Of a stretch of 64,000 nt of DNA, positions 1 through 8,903 are shown piece by piece. The position numbers were made by a program, and so were the translations under genes. The notes under the pieces were generated by a model that did not search any database, was not told where the DNA came from, and was given only the letters and a program-made list of their open reading frames with translations. The stretch lies in the IMG/VR virus record IMGVR_UViG_3300003937_000141; one strand, written 5' to 3'. This DNA comes from an uncultured virus (IMG/VR IMGVR_UViG_3300003937_000141). Lineage: Duplodnaviria > Heunggongvirae > Uroviricota > Caudoviricetes. How positions within the stretch are numbered: the first letter of the stretch is position 1; the number at the start of each line of letters is the position of its first letter.

Positions 1-1
1 A

Positions 2-1243
2 AAAGATTGGGGTTATATAGATGAAGACAACCAGATTTCAGTTTGGGATGCCGAAGGTGAAAAAACTATGGATTGGGATGACGCAAAGAAAATGTATGCT
101 GAAATGGACCAAGCATACTTTGACGCTATTGGTTGTTCAGATTGTACCTGGGATACTATTGATTGGGATACTATTGATTGGGACGCTGTAGATTGGGACG
201 AATATTCGGACAAATATAATGAACTATTAGAAGACTATGGTTTAACTTCTTGGAATGTTGATGTAGATGAACAAGATGTTGTTGAAGATACAAAAGATGA
301 AACAGAAGCAACTGTTGTTGAAGGATATACTTGGGAAGATTTTGCTTTAGATGATGACTATTATAATAATAATGAATACAAAAACGCAGGTGGTCCTCCG
401 ACATTAACAGTACAAAACTATTGTGAGTACAATGGCTATGATGATTACTGGTGTAACCAAGATTATGTTGATTATCTAAATGACTGGTACAAAGATGATT
501 GGACTTTAAAAGTAACCAATGATAGTTGGACTAAAGAATCTAAAAAGATATTTGGTAAACTATATGGTTGGTGTGGAAGTTGGCCAAACTATAAAATGTG
601 TGATGACCAGCCTAAACCTTGGAAGATGAAAGACTTAAAGAAGACTTATATAACTAATTGGAGTTGGGACGATTGGGACATATATTGGGACGCATTATAC
701 GATTGGTGGTGGACAGGTTACGATTATAATAATGAAGATGATGAGAGTAATTGGGAAGATGAATATTCTTATGAAGATGACTATGATATAGACGCAGAAT
801 TGGAAATATTATTAGCAAGTTATGATGAGGAAGATTGTTTAAATTATGGATACTATTGGGACAATGCAAATCAATCCTGTGGTACAGAATGGGTTGACAA
901 TAGTGGTTCAGAAACACAGGTAACTGCTAGTGGTGAAACTTTAAATTATACTACTGGAGATGTAACTCAAACTTTAACTACAACAAGTGGTGGTGTGTCA
1001 ACAAGTACCACTTCAACAGGAAGAGTTTCAACGTTAGATAACGACTTTAACGCAACAGCTTCAACCTCTGGTGATTACACAATCATAAATAGATATAACG
1101 ACAATCATAGGGCTTATATTAAGGTTGAAACTTCCAAGACAGCTGATATTCAAATTTTACAAGATTCAGAAGCACAGAATATAGATGTTGGCGATATTAT
1201 ACCTCCTGGATACCCATACATAACAATAATACAGACGGACTAA
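2..1243 (+). CDS. 5'-truncated Asp/Trp/Tyr-rich protein (possibly C-terminal part of a FecR-like/curli-cluster protein)
   Basis: Frame is open from position 2 (KDWGYIDEDNQISVWDAEGEKTM...), so the gene starts before the window. Contains DWDTI repeats and a beta-rich C-terminus ending ITIIQTD. Family is an inference. Confidence 0.6.
   Translation, partial: KDWGYIDEDNQISVWDAEGEKTMDWDDAKKMYAEMDQAYFDAIGCSDCTWDTIDWDTIDWDAVDWDEYSDKYNELLEDYGLTSWNVDVDEQDVVEDTKDETEATVVEGYTWEDFALDDDYYNNNEYKNAGGPPTLTVQNYCEYNGYDDYWCNQDYVDYLNDWYKDDWTLKVTNDSWTKESKKIFGKLYGWCGSWPNYKMCDDQPKPWKMKDLKKTYITNWSWDDWDIYWDALYDWWWTGYDYNNEDDESNWEDEYSYEDDYDIDAELEILLASYDEEDCLNYGYYWDNANQSCGTEWVDNSGSETQVTASGETLNYTTGDVTQTLTTTSGGVSTSTTSTGRVSTLDNDFNATASTSGDYTIINRYNDNHRAYIKVETSKTADIQILQDSEAQNIDVGDIIPPGYPYITIIQTD
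149..199 (+). repeat. 15-bp in-frame tandem repeat (WDTID WDTID WDAVD WD)
   Basis: tgggatactattgat x2, then tgggacgctgtagat and tgggac. Confidence 0.85.
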
Positions 1244-1245
1244 CT

Positions 1246-1338
1246 ATGGACTACGGAACTATAAATTTATTAATAATATTCGGTTTATTAATTTGGATGA
1301 ATTGGTCTATTAACAAATGGATAGATAGGAATTTTTAA
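1246..1338 (+). CDS. small single-TM protein (30 aa)
   Basis: MDYGTINLLIIFGLLIWMNWSINKWIDRNF; fills the gap exactly and abuts the next ATG. Confidence 0.6.
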   Translation: MDYGTINLLIIFGLLIWMNWSINKWIDRNF

Positions 1339-1797
1339 ATGGCGGATAGTGATATTCAAAAATTAAACACACAATTACAAGTCTTAAAAAATGAAGTAGG
1401 ACAAGTATCAACTGTTAACTCAAAACTTGATCAGGCAATAGATAAACTAACAGATATTTCTGCTAGTATTAAATCTATGTTGGCTGTACACGAAGAAAAA
1501 TTAGCAAAGCAAGAAGAAATAGATAAAGCGATATTCAATTTATTAGAAAATCGTAGAGTTGAAAGTGACAATAAATTTGAAGATATACACGGCAGATTGA
1601 ATAAGTCTGTTGATAATTTAAGACAAGAAGTTGAACTATCAGAAAAGCGTTTAATGTGTGAAATTAAGACTTTAGCGTCAAATTTAGACGGTAGGATCGG
1701 CGTGTTTGAGAAATATAGATATATCATCATAGGTGCCTCAATCATCATAGGACTGTCTATGCCATCTATATTAAGTGTCTTAAAGATAGTAGGGTAA
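1339..1797 (+). CDS. coiled-coil protein with C-terminal TM helix
   Basis: Heptad-rich body; hydrophobic C-terminus YIIIGASIIIGLSMPSILSVL. Confidence 0.7.
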   Translation: MADSDIQKLNTQLQVLKNEVGQVSTVNSKLDQAIDKLTDISASIKSMLAVHEEKLAKQEEIDKAIFNLLENRRVESDNKFEDIHGRLNKSVDNLRQEVELSEKRLMCEIKTLASNLDGRIGVFEKYRYIIIGASIIIGLSMPSILSVLKIVG

Positions 1798-1802
1798 ACT
1801 GC

Positions 1803-1831
1803 TTGACTTTTTCACATATATAGTATATACT
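1803..1831 (+). promoter_or_regulatory. sigma70-like promoter for primase/nrd operon
   Basis: TTGACT-N17-TATACT ending 7 nt before the ATG. Confidence 0.75.
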
Positions 1832-1838
1832 TTTTGTT

Positions 1839-2861
1839 ATGAGTGGTTACATTGATTTAAATTATATATCTAAAATACAGCCGAGATTACAACAGTTTAA
1901 AAAGAAAAGAGATTATCTTTTCAATTTTAGATGTCCAGTTTGCGGAGATTCTAAAAAATCTAAAACAAAAGCAAGAGCATATCTTTATAGAGTTAAAAAT
2001 GATATGTTTTTTAAATGTCATAATTGTAGTGCTTCACACAATTTGGCTAATCTTATAAAATTAGTTGACAGACCTCTATATGATGAATATATTTTAGAAA
2101 GATATAAGGGTAGTAAACCTACCAATGAACAAAGTCTATTTGATAAATTCAAAACAGACACAAAAGCAAAATTAAAATCTACACCCCTACAAGGCCTTAC
2201 AGCCTTTAGTACTTTGGAGGATACACATCCTGCAAAAAAATATTTGCTAAAAAGAAAAATACCAAAGGATTACTTTGATAGATTATATTATTGCGACAAG
2301 TTTCAAGCCTTTGTAAATAAGGTGCGTCCAGGGACTTTCACCTCCCTAAATACACTTACAAGATACGAACATCCGAGATTGATTATACCATTTTATGATG
2401 TTGACAATGAAGTCTTTGCTTTGCAAGGACGATCATTTGGGAAAGAACAGCCAAAATATCTAACAATTAAACTACAGGAAAACAAACAAAAAATATTTGG
2501 ACTTGAACGAGTAAATCTTCATAATACTTTATACATAGTTGAAGGTCCGTTAGATAGTTTATTTTTAGATAATTGTCTTGCTGCTGGTGGGGCTGACTTA
2601 CAACTACCTGTTGAAAAAAAGGATGTTGTTTTTATATTTGATAATGAGCCGAGAAATAAAGAGATAATAGATAGAATGTATAAAATGATTGATAAGACTT
2701 ATATGATAGTAATATGGCCAGAAGGTACAAAGGAAAAAGATATTAACGAAATGATAGTGAACGGCAAGACAAAAGAAGAAATACAAAATATTATATCAGA
2801 TAATACCTATTCAGGTTTATCAGCAATCACACAACTAAATTCATACAAACGCATAAGTTAA
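1839..2861 (+). CDS. gp61: DNA primase (T4 gp61-like)
   Basis: Zn finger FRCPVCGDS...CHNC; TOPRIM motifs VEGPLDSLF and FDNEPRN; KDINEM. Confidence 0.95.
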   Translation: MSGYIDLNYISKIQPRLQQFKKKRDYLFNFRCPVCGDSKKSKTKARAYLYRVKNDMFFKCHNCSASHNLANLIKLVDRPLYDEYILERYKGSKPTNEQSLFDKFKTDTKAKLKSTPLQGLTAFSTLEDTHPAKKYLLKRKIPKDYFDRLYYCDKFQAFVNKVRPGTFTSLNTLTRYEHPRLIIPFYDVDNEVFALQGRSFGKEQPKYLTIKLQENKQKIFGLERVNLHNTLYIVEGPLDSLFLDNCLAAGGADLQLPVEKKDVVFIFDNEPRNKEIIDRMYKMIDKTYMIVIWPEGTKEKDINEMIVNGKTKEEIQNIISDNTYSGLSAITQLNSYKRIS

Positions 2862-2869
2862 GGAGTAAT

Positions 2870-5197
2870 ATGGTAAGCACAGGATACGAGTCTATTAATG
2901 TCAATAAAAGAAATGGAAGAAAAAGCGAACCCCTTAACATTGATAAGATACACGAAATGGTGGAGTATGCTTGTGAAGATATAACAGGTGTATCAGCTTC
3001 ACAGGTAGAAATGAATAGTGGCTTACAATTTTATGATGGAATATCTACCAACGAAATACAACAAATTTTAATAAAATCAGCTGCAGATTTAATTTCATTA
3101 GAAACTCCTAACTACACTTATGTAGCATCCAGATTACTACTTTACAGTTTAAGAAAACAAGTTATACACAAATTATGGGACCATCCACACTTTTATGACC
3201 ACGTAAAAAAAGTTGTAGATTCAGGTTTATATGATAAAGAAGTAACTACACATTATCAAAGAAAAGATTTTGATAGAATGGAGAACTGGATTAATCATAA
3301 TAGAGATTATGATTTTACCTATGCAGGTTTAAGACAAGTTATAGACAAATATTTAGTACAAGATAGGAGCATTAATACAATATATGAAACACCGCAGTTT
3401 ATGTATATGATGATTGCTGCTACTCTCTTTGCAAAATATCCAACAGAAAGGAGAATGTCATATGTTAAAAAATATTATGACGCAATTAGTCAATTCAAAA
3501 TCAATATACCTACGCCTGTTATGGCTGGTGTTCGTACTCCTCTTCGGCAGTATGCGAGTTGTGTATTGGTTGATATTGATGATACCTTACCTTCTATTTT
3601 CTCTGGCGATATGGCCATTGGAAGGTATATCGCACAAAGAGCTGGAATCGGAATCAATGCTGGAAGAATACGAGGTATCAATAGCAGGATCCGAGGGGGA
3701 GAGGTCCAACATACTGGAGTTATACCTTTTCTTAAAAAGTTTGAAGCTACGGTTAAGTGTTGCACTCAAAATGGAGTTAGAGGCGGTTCAGCAACTGTAC
3801 ACTTCCCTATCTGGCACCAAGAAATAGCAGACATTATAGTCTTAAAAAATAATAAAGGTAGTGAAGATAATAGAGTTAGAAAATTAGACTACTCTATACA
3901 ACTATCTAAATTATTTTATGAAAGATTTATTAATGAAGAAGAAATAACATTATTCTCACCACACGAAGTTCCTGAATTATATGAAGCGTGGGGTACACCA
4001 GAGTTTGATGAACTTTATGTAAAGGCAGAAAGAAAAATAAGTGTTAATAAAAAGAAAGTATCAGCACAAACTTTATTTTTTGATATTTTAAAAGAAAGAG
4101 CAGAAACAGGTCGTATATACATAATGAATATTGACCATTGTAATACTCACTCCTCTTTTAAAGATAAGGTGACTATGAGTAACCTATGCCAAGAAATTAC
4201 TTTACCAACCACTCCAATACAACACATTGATGGAGAAGGTGAAATTGCTTTATGTATTTTATCTGCCATCAATGTGGGTAAAATAAACCAATATGATGAC
4301 TTACAATCATTGTGTGATTTAGCAGTTAGGGCTTTAGATGAAATTATAGATCACCAAAAATATCCAATTAATGCAGCTGAAGTTTCTACAAAAGCGAGAA
4401 GAAGTTTAGGTGTTGGTTATATTGGACTTGCTCATTATCTTGCTAAAAAAGGATACAAATATGACCAGAAATTAGCTTGGAGAGAAGTTGATAAATTATC
4501 AGAAGCATTCCAATATTTCTTATTAAGTGCTAGTGTTAAACTTGCAAAAGAAAAAGGACCTTGCTCAGCATTTAAACAAACAAAATATGCTGATGGTATA
4601 TTACCTATTGATACATATAAGAAAGATGTTGATGATATAGTTAAACGAGATTTAACATATGATTGGGAATGGTTAAGAAAACAAATTAAAGAACACGGAT
4701 TAAGACATAGTACATTATCAGCACAAATGCCAAGTGAGTCGTCTAGTGTTGTTTCAAATGCTACAAATGGTATTGAACCACCTAGAGATTATTTGTCTGT
4801 TAAGAAATCTAAAAAGGGACCATTAAAACAGATTGTACCTGAATATAATAAATTAAAAAACTTTTATACCCTTCTTTGGGATATGAAAGGGAATGAAGGA
4901 TACATAAATATCGTTGCAGTAATGCAAAAATATTTTGACCAAGCAATTAGTGGTAATTGGTCATACAATCCTGAACATTATACAGAAGGTCAAGTGCCAA
5001 TATCAAAAATGGCCGAAGATTTATTGACAACCTATAAATTAGGTTGGAAGACTTCTTATTATCAAAACACTTATGATAGTAAGAGAGATGAAGATGAACC
5101 AGCACATCCTATTGGGTTCCATGACAATGTGTTAGATGATAAACAAGAAGTAAAAGAGGAAGACGATCCAGAAAACTGTGATACGTGTACAATTTAA
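2870..5197 (+). CDS. nrdA: ribonucleotide reductase class Ia alpha subunit
   Basis: N-terminal ATP cone, SCVL, SNLCQEI, ALCILSA, NATNGIEPP, KTSYY, C-terminal CDTC. Confidence 0.97.
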   Translation: MVSTGYESINVNKRNGRKSEPLNIDKIHEMVEYACEDITGVSASQVEMNSGLQFYDGISTNEIQQILIKSAADLISLETPNYTYVASRLLLYSLRKQVIHKLWDHPHFYDHVKKVVDSGLYDKEVTTHYQRKDFDRMENWINHNRDYDFTYAGLRQVIDKYLVQDRSINTIYETPQFMYMMIAATLFAKYPTERRMSYVKKYYDAISQFKINIPTPVMAGVRTPLRQYASCVLVDIDDTLPSIFSGDMAIGRYIAQRAGIGINAGRIRGINSRIRGGEVQHTGVIPFLKKFEATVKCCTQNGVRGGSATVHFPIWHQEIADIIVLKNNKGSEDNRVRKLDYSIQLSKLFYERFINEEEITLFSPHEVPELYEAWGTPEFDELYVKAERKISVNKKKVSAQTLFFDILKERAETGRIYIMNIDHCNTHSSFKDKVTMSNLCQEITLPTTPIQHIDGEGEIALCILSAINVGKINQYDDLQSLCDLAVRALDEIIDHQKYPINAAEVSTKARRSLGVGYIGLAHYLAKKGYKYDQKLAWREVDKLSEAFQYFLLSASVKLAKEKGPCSAFKQTKYADGILPIDTYKKDVDDIVKRDLTYDWEWLRKQIKEHGLRHSTLSAQMPSESSSVVSNATNGIEPPRDYLSVKKSKKGPLKQIVPEYNKLKNFYTLLWDMKGNEGYINIVAVMQKYFDQAISGNWSYNPEHYTEGQVPISKMAEDLLTTYKLGWKTSYYQNTYDSKRDEDEPAHPIGFHDNVLDDKQEVKEEDDPENCDTCTI

Positions 5198-5374
5198 ATG
5201 AAAAGAAAAAACAAAAAAATAAATAAGGTTGTATGTGACTCTTGGCCACATCCACATTCATATGAAAGTCTATATGATTGTATAGTATCAGACCAAGTAC
5301 CAGCTGAAGATATAGCATTTTACTTTGAAGATATGGGATTTAAAAAGTATTACGATAATAGAGAAAGTATTTAA
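5198..5374 (+). CDS. hypothetical protein (58 aa)
   Basis: MKRKNKKINKVVCDSWPHPHSYESLYDCIVSDQVPAEDIAFYFEDMGFKKYYDNRESI; abuts the nrdA stop and the next ATG. Confidence 0.7.
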   Translation: MKRKNKKINKVVCDSWPHPHSYESLYDCIVSDQVPAEDIAFYFEDMGFKKYYDNRESI

Positions 5375-5512
5375 ATGGAAAAATGTAAGAACTGTAAATG
5401 TGAAGCTCATTGTCCCGAAACTTGTATGAATTGCAAGTGTAAGAAATGTGATTGTTCGGTTTGTGAGAAACCAAGACCAAATGTTAAAACAGGAGATGAA
5501 ATAGTACAATAA
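5375..5512 (+). CDS. metallothionein-like Cys-rich protein (45 aa)
   Basis: MEKCKNCKCEAHCPETCMNCKCKKCDCSVCEKPRPNVKTGDEIVQ: 10 Cys + 1 His in CxC/CxxC motifs; TAATG overlap with nrdB. Confidence 0.75.
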   Translation: MEKCKNCKCEAHCPETCMNCKCKKCDCSVCEKPRPNVKTGDEIVQ

Positions 5513-6618
5513 TGAAAAGTGTATTTAATAAAAGTAAAAAACTAGACGCTACAAAACAACAAATGTTTTTTGGTCCTGATTTAGCAGTACAAAGATATGA
5601 TACGTTTAAATATCCTGTCTTTGATAGATTGGCACAACAACAATTAGGGTTCTTTTGGAGACCAGAAGAAGTATCTTTACAAAAAGATAGAAACGATTAT
5701 AATGAATTATCTGAAGCACAAAAGTTTATATTTACAAGTAATTTAAAATATCAAACAATGTTAGATAGTGTACAAGGTAGAGGACCTTGTTTAGCATTCT
5801 TACCTTTTGTTTCTTTACCAGAACTAGAAGGTTGTATAGTTGCTTGGGATTTCTTTGAAACAATCCATAGTAGAAGTTACACATATATTATCAAAAATTT
5901 ATATTCAAATCCTAGTGAAGTTTTTGATACTATAATAGAAGATGAAAAGATAGAGAAAAGATCAAAGTCAGTTACAGAAGCATATGACCATTTGATTCAT
6001 TTAGGTTATAAGTATCAATTAAATCCTAAATCAGTTAATGAATATGATTTAAAGAAAGCATTATATTTAGCAATGATAACTGTAAATGTATTAGAAGGAA
6101 TAAGATTTTATGTTTCATTTGCTTGCTCATTTGCATTTGGAGAACTTAAATTATTAGAAGGTTCAGCAAAAATTATTTCAATGATTGCTAGAGATGAGAG
6201 TCAACACCTTGCAATGTCACAACAAATTCTTAACTTATATAAAAACAAAGAGAACGATAAAGTGATGTTAAAAATAATTAAAGATACAGAAAAAGAAGTT
6301 TATAAAATTTATGATGAAGCTGTACAAGAAGAAAAACGTTGGGCGACCCATTTGTTTTCACAAGGCAGTATGATTGGATTATCAGAAAAATTATTACACC
6401 AATATGTTGAATATATAGCAAATAGAAGAATGAGAGCAATAGGATTAGAACAAAAGTATGAGCAATCATCAGCAAATAATCCATTACCTTGGACGACACA
6501 TTGGTTGAATAGTAGATCACAACAAAACGCACCACAAGAAACTGAAATAGAAAGTTATGTAATTGGTGGTGTTAAACAAGATGTTATAAAGGATCAATTT
6601 AAAAAGTTTAAACTATAA
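5512..6618 (+). CDS. nrdB: ribonucleotide reductase class Ia beta subunit
   Basis: FFWRPEEV, LDSVQGRGP, ETIHSRSY, LEGIRFYVSF, RDESQHL, APQETEIESY. Confidence 0.97.
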   Translation: MKSVFNKSKKLDATKQQMFFGPDLAVQRYDTFKYPVFDRLAQQQLGFFWRPEEVSLQKDRNDYNELSEAQKFIFTSNLKYQTMLDSVQGRGPCLAFLPFVSLPELEGCIVAWDFFETIHSRSYTYIIKNLYSNPSEVFDTIIEDEKIEKRSKSVTEAYDHLIHLGYKYQLNPKSVNEYDLKKALYLAMITVNVLEGIRFYVSFACSFAFGELKLLEGSAKIISMIARDESQHLAMSQQILNLYKNKENDKVMLKIIKDTEKEVYKIYDEAVQEEKRWATHLFSQGSMIGLSEKLLHQYVEYIANRRMRAIGLEQKYEQSSANNPLPWTTHWLNSRSQQNAPQETEIESYVIGGVKQDVIKDQFKKFKL

Positions 6619-6938
6619 TGCCATCATACGAACCATTACCAGCAAGTTTAAGAATAGAAAAGAGTGAAATAGAAGGACAAGGTTTATTTACTTTGATGTT
6701 TCTAAAGAAAGATACAAATTTAGGAGTATCTCATATAATTTTTAACCAAGGGCAACACAACCAATTTCCAGATGAAATCATAAGAACACCATTAGGTGGT
6801 TTTATTAATCATAGTGAAGACCCTAACTGTACTAAAGTGAAAGAAGGCCATAAGTATTATTTAAAAACAATAAAAGATATAACTGGTGGTGAGGAATTAA
6901 CCGTAAAATATAGTTTTTATAGTATAAATAAAAAATAA
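6618..6938 (+). CDS. SET-domain protein (putative protein-lysine methyltransferase)
   Basis: GQGLF, FINHSEDPNC, KDITGGEELTVKY SET motifs. Confidence 0.85.
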   Translation: MPSYEPLPASLRIEKSEIEGQGLFTLMFLKKDTNLGVSHIIFNQGQHNQFPDEIIRTPLGGFINHSEDPNCTKVKEGHKYYLKTIKDITGGEELTVKYSFYSINKK

Positions 6939-7129
6939 TGCCAGAAGACGAATCAAAAAAAATACAAATCAGCTGTAGCAATTGTGATGTATCTTATTGG
7001 GTAAAATGGAAGATTGAAGAAGAAGCTGAACCAGAACATTGTCCTTTTTGTGGTGCTGACGCCACAATAACAGAAGATGAGGATGCGATATTTGATGATG
7101 AAGACGAAGACCAAGATAGTTGGAATTGA
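6938..7129 (+). CDS. small zinc-ribbon protein with acidic tail
   Basis: CSNC...CPFCG; late motif TATAAATA at 6923-6930 upstream. Confidence 0.75.
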   Translation: MPEDESKKIQISCSNCDVSYWVKWKIEEEAEPEHCPFCGADATITEDEDAIFDDEDEDQDSWN

Positions 7130-7646
7130 TTATAGTTTAAGTAGTCCTGCAATTTGTATTTGTAAAGGACAATTTAAGTTTAAAAACTGTAAGATATATT
7201 ATTTAACAAATGTGAAAAAATATGAAGGTAATTTTTATAATGGACAGATAAATGGCAGACTACATTTACCCTATACCTCCCAGACACAACGACACGACCA
7301 AATTTCAGATTGGGCGCTTTCTATTATTGATACTGCTATTGGTAATATTTTTATAGAAGGTTACTCATTTGGAAGTAAAGGACTTGTATTCAACCTAGCA
7401 GAGAATATGGGTGCTCTCAAACATAAACTATACAAACTCAATAAACGATTTGATATGATAGTGCCAGGTAGAATTAAAAAGAACGCTACAGGCAAAGGTA
7501 ATGCAGACAAACTTAAAATGTATGAGCAGTTTGTAAAAGATACTAATATTGATTTAATGAAAGAATTTGATCAGACAAAACTCAACAATCCAGTTACAGA
7601 CATAGTTGACTCGTATTATATCACAAAATATGGGTCAGAATCATAG
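7095..7646 (+). CDS. RuvC-like (RNase H fold) nuclease
   Basis: IVGIDYSLSSPA, IFIEGYSFGS, IKKNATGKGNADK, DIVDSY; start moved from 7077 to the ATG at 7095. Confidence 0.8.
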   Translation: MMKTKTKIVGIDYSLSSPAICICKGQFKFKNCKIYYLTNVKKYEGNFYNGQINGRLHLPYTSQTQRHDQISDWALSIIDTAIGNIFIEGYSFGSKGLVFNLAENMGALKHKLYKLNKRFDMIVPGRIKKNATGKGNADKLKMYEQFVKDTNIDLMKEFDQTKLNNPVTDIVDSYYITKYGSES

Positions 7647-7648
7647 AT

Positions 7649-7663
7649 GTTCTCATTTTGTTC
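7649..7663. promoter_or_regulatory. alphaproteobacterial-type LexA (SOS) box
   Basis: GTTC tcatttt GTTC (GTTC-N7-GTTC), intergenic, upstream of an early promoter. Confidence 0.65.
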
Positions 7664-7708
7664 TTATAATTATTCCTAAAAACCTAGTAAAATCAACGCT
7701 TTTTGTGC

Positions 7709-7737
7709 TTGACTTTCTTATGTTTTTAGTGTATTAT
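7709..7737 (+). promoter_or_regulatory. early sigma70-like promoter
   Basis: TTGACT-N17-TATTAT. Confidence 0.8.
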
Positions 7738-7762
7738 ATACGTATAAATGATAAAAAACACT

Positions 7763-8167
7763 ATGAAAAAACAAGTTTCCAAAGAATTATTAGAACATCT
7801 TAAACAGATGAACATCAAATCCCAAAAGTGGGTTGATGAAGACCCAAAACATAGATGGTCTTCAATGATTACAGAAGACCCAAAACATTGGGCAAATTAC
7901 AAAATTTACACCCTAAAAGAATTTAAACATTATATGGCTGAATCTACACATTGGGATTTATACAAATCTATCAATGGAGTAAGACCTAGATTTATGCAAT
8001 ATCATTTAATGACTACAGAAGAAATTGAAGCAGAAAATGACGCTATGTTCAAAGAACAAGAAGAACAAATTGCTGCTGAAAAAAAAGAGAAAGAAGATAC
8101 TATAAAAAGAGTATCACAATACGGTAATTTTACCGAAAAACAATTAGAGAAATGGAGAGTAATATAA
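7763..8167 (+). CDS. early hypothetical protein
   Basis: First gene after the promoter; start may be 7748 or 7763. Confidence 0.75.
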   Translation: MKKQVSKELLEHLKQMNIKSQKWVDEDPKHRWSSMITEDPKHWANYKIYTLKEFKHYMAESTHWDLYKSINGVRPRFMQYHLMTTEEIEAENDAMFKEQEEQIAAEKKEKEDTIKRVSQYGNFTEKQLEKWRVI

Positions 8168-8168
8168 T

Positions 8169-8612
8169 ATGAGTTTAGATACAAACATACATCCTTTTAA
8201 AGAGGATTTAGGAAAGAACCTATACAGAAAGAAAACTTACTACACCTTATGTGTAGAACAAGAAGTATTGGCAAAAAATAAAGATGACGCTGATAATAAA
8301 TTTATGGACGGTGGTGGAATAAACCATTCAAACATTGGTAGAGATTTAACAGATGAAAATCAAGGTGTTGAAACCTATATGGTAGACGCCAACTATACAG
8401 ATTCAGGTGATACTGAATATGTTGCTAAAGTTTGTTATGAAGATGATGAATTTGCTAAAGAAGATGGTTTTGTAGAATTAGATACCTATGCTTTAGAAGA
8501 TGACATAATCAACGAAAAGGGAGATTGTGTTGCTAAAGAAAAAGAAATTAAACCTTTAGACGATTTAAAAAAAATTGTTGATGAACACAAACCAATTAAG
8601 GCAATATTATAA
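8169..8612 (+). CDS. early hypothetical protein (acidic)
   Basis: Tightly packed ORF. Confidence 0.75.
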   Translation: MSLDTNIHPFKEDLGKNLYRKKTYYTLCVEQEVLAKNKDDADNKFMDGGGINHSNIGRDLTDENQGVETYMVDANYTDSGDTEYVAKVCYEDDEFAKEDGFVELDTYALEDDIINEKGDCVAKEKEIKPLDDLKKIVDEHKPIKAIL

Positions 8613-8809
8613 TGATTGAAATATTAAAATTTATAGAAGAACTAGAACTATTACATAAAATGCTTACTGTTGACAATTCAATAGATGATGACCCAAGGAA
8701 GATTTTTACTAGAGGTAAAATTAGAGAATTGCTTGCGAAGTATAAAAAAATAGAGTCAGATTTTGACATTCATTTAAATTTAGAAAATGAAAGTAAGTTA
8801 GGAAAATAG
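8612..8809 (+). CDS. hypothetical protein, paralog of 17609..17791
   Basis: Shared N-terminus MIE(I/L)LKFIEEL. Confidence 0.7.
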   Translation: MIEILKFIEELELLHKMLTVDNSIDDDPRKIFTRGKIRELLAKYKKIESDFDIHLNLENESKLGK

Positions 8810-8903
8810 TGAAATTAGGGGGATACAATCATACACAGACAGCTCTTAAACCGTCCCAGGAGGCGGCTATGAGAGGATTATTCCACGGAAATATGAGGAA
8901 ACA

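Noticed and set aside
149..199. Short repeats as a CRISPR array
   Set aside because: In-frame coding tandem repeats without spacers; no CRISPR array or cas operon seen, and the Cas4-like nuclease at 21311 is a usual phage exonuclease
1811..1826. NrdR-box-like sequence in the primase/nrd promoter
   Set aside because: Single copy with mismatches in the core; explained by AT-rich promoter spacer
5198..5511. Possible intron or homing endonuclease between nrdA and nrdB, and minus-strand ORFs 5109..5318 and 5288..5509
   Set aside because: The gap is exactly filled by two small plus-strand ORFs; no endonuclease motifs; nrdA and nrdB are uninterrupted
8810..8903. GC-richer spacer with weak hairpin or 32-codon GTG ORF
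   Set aside because: Pairing is imperfect and coding versus RNA role cannot be distinguished from this sequence alone
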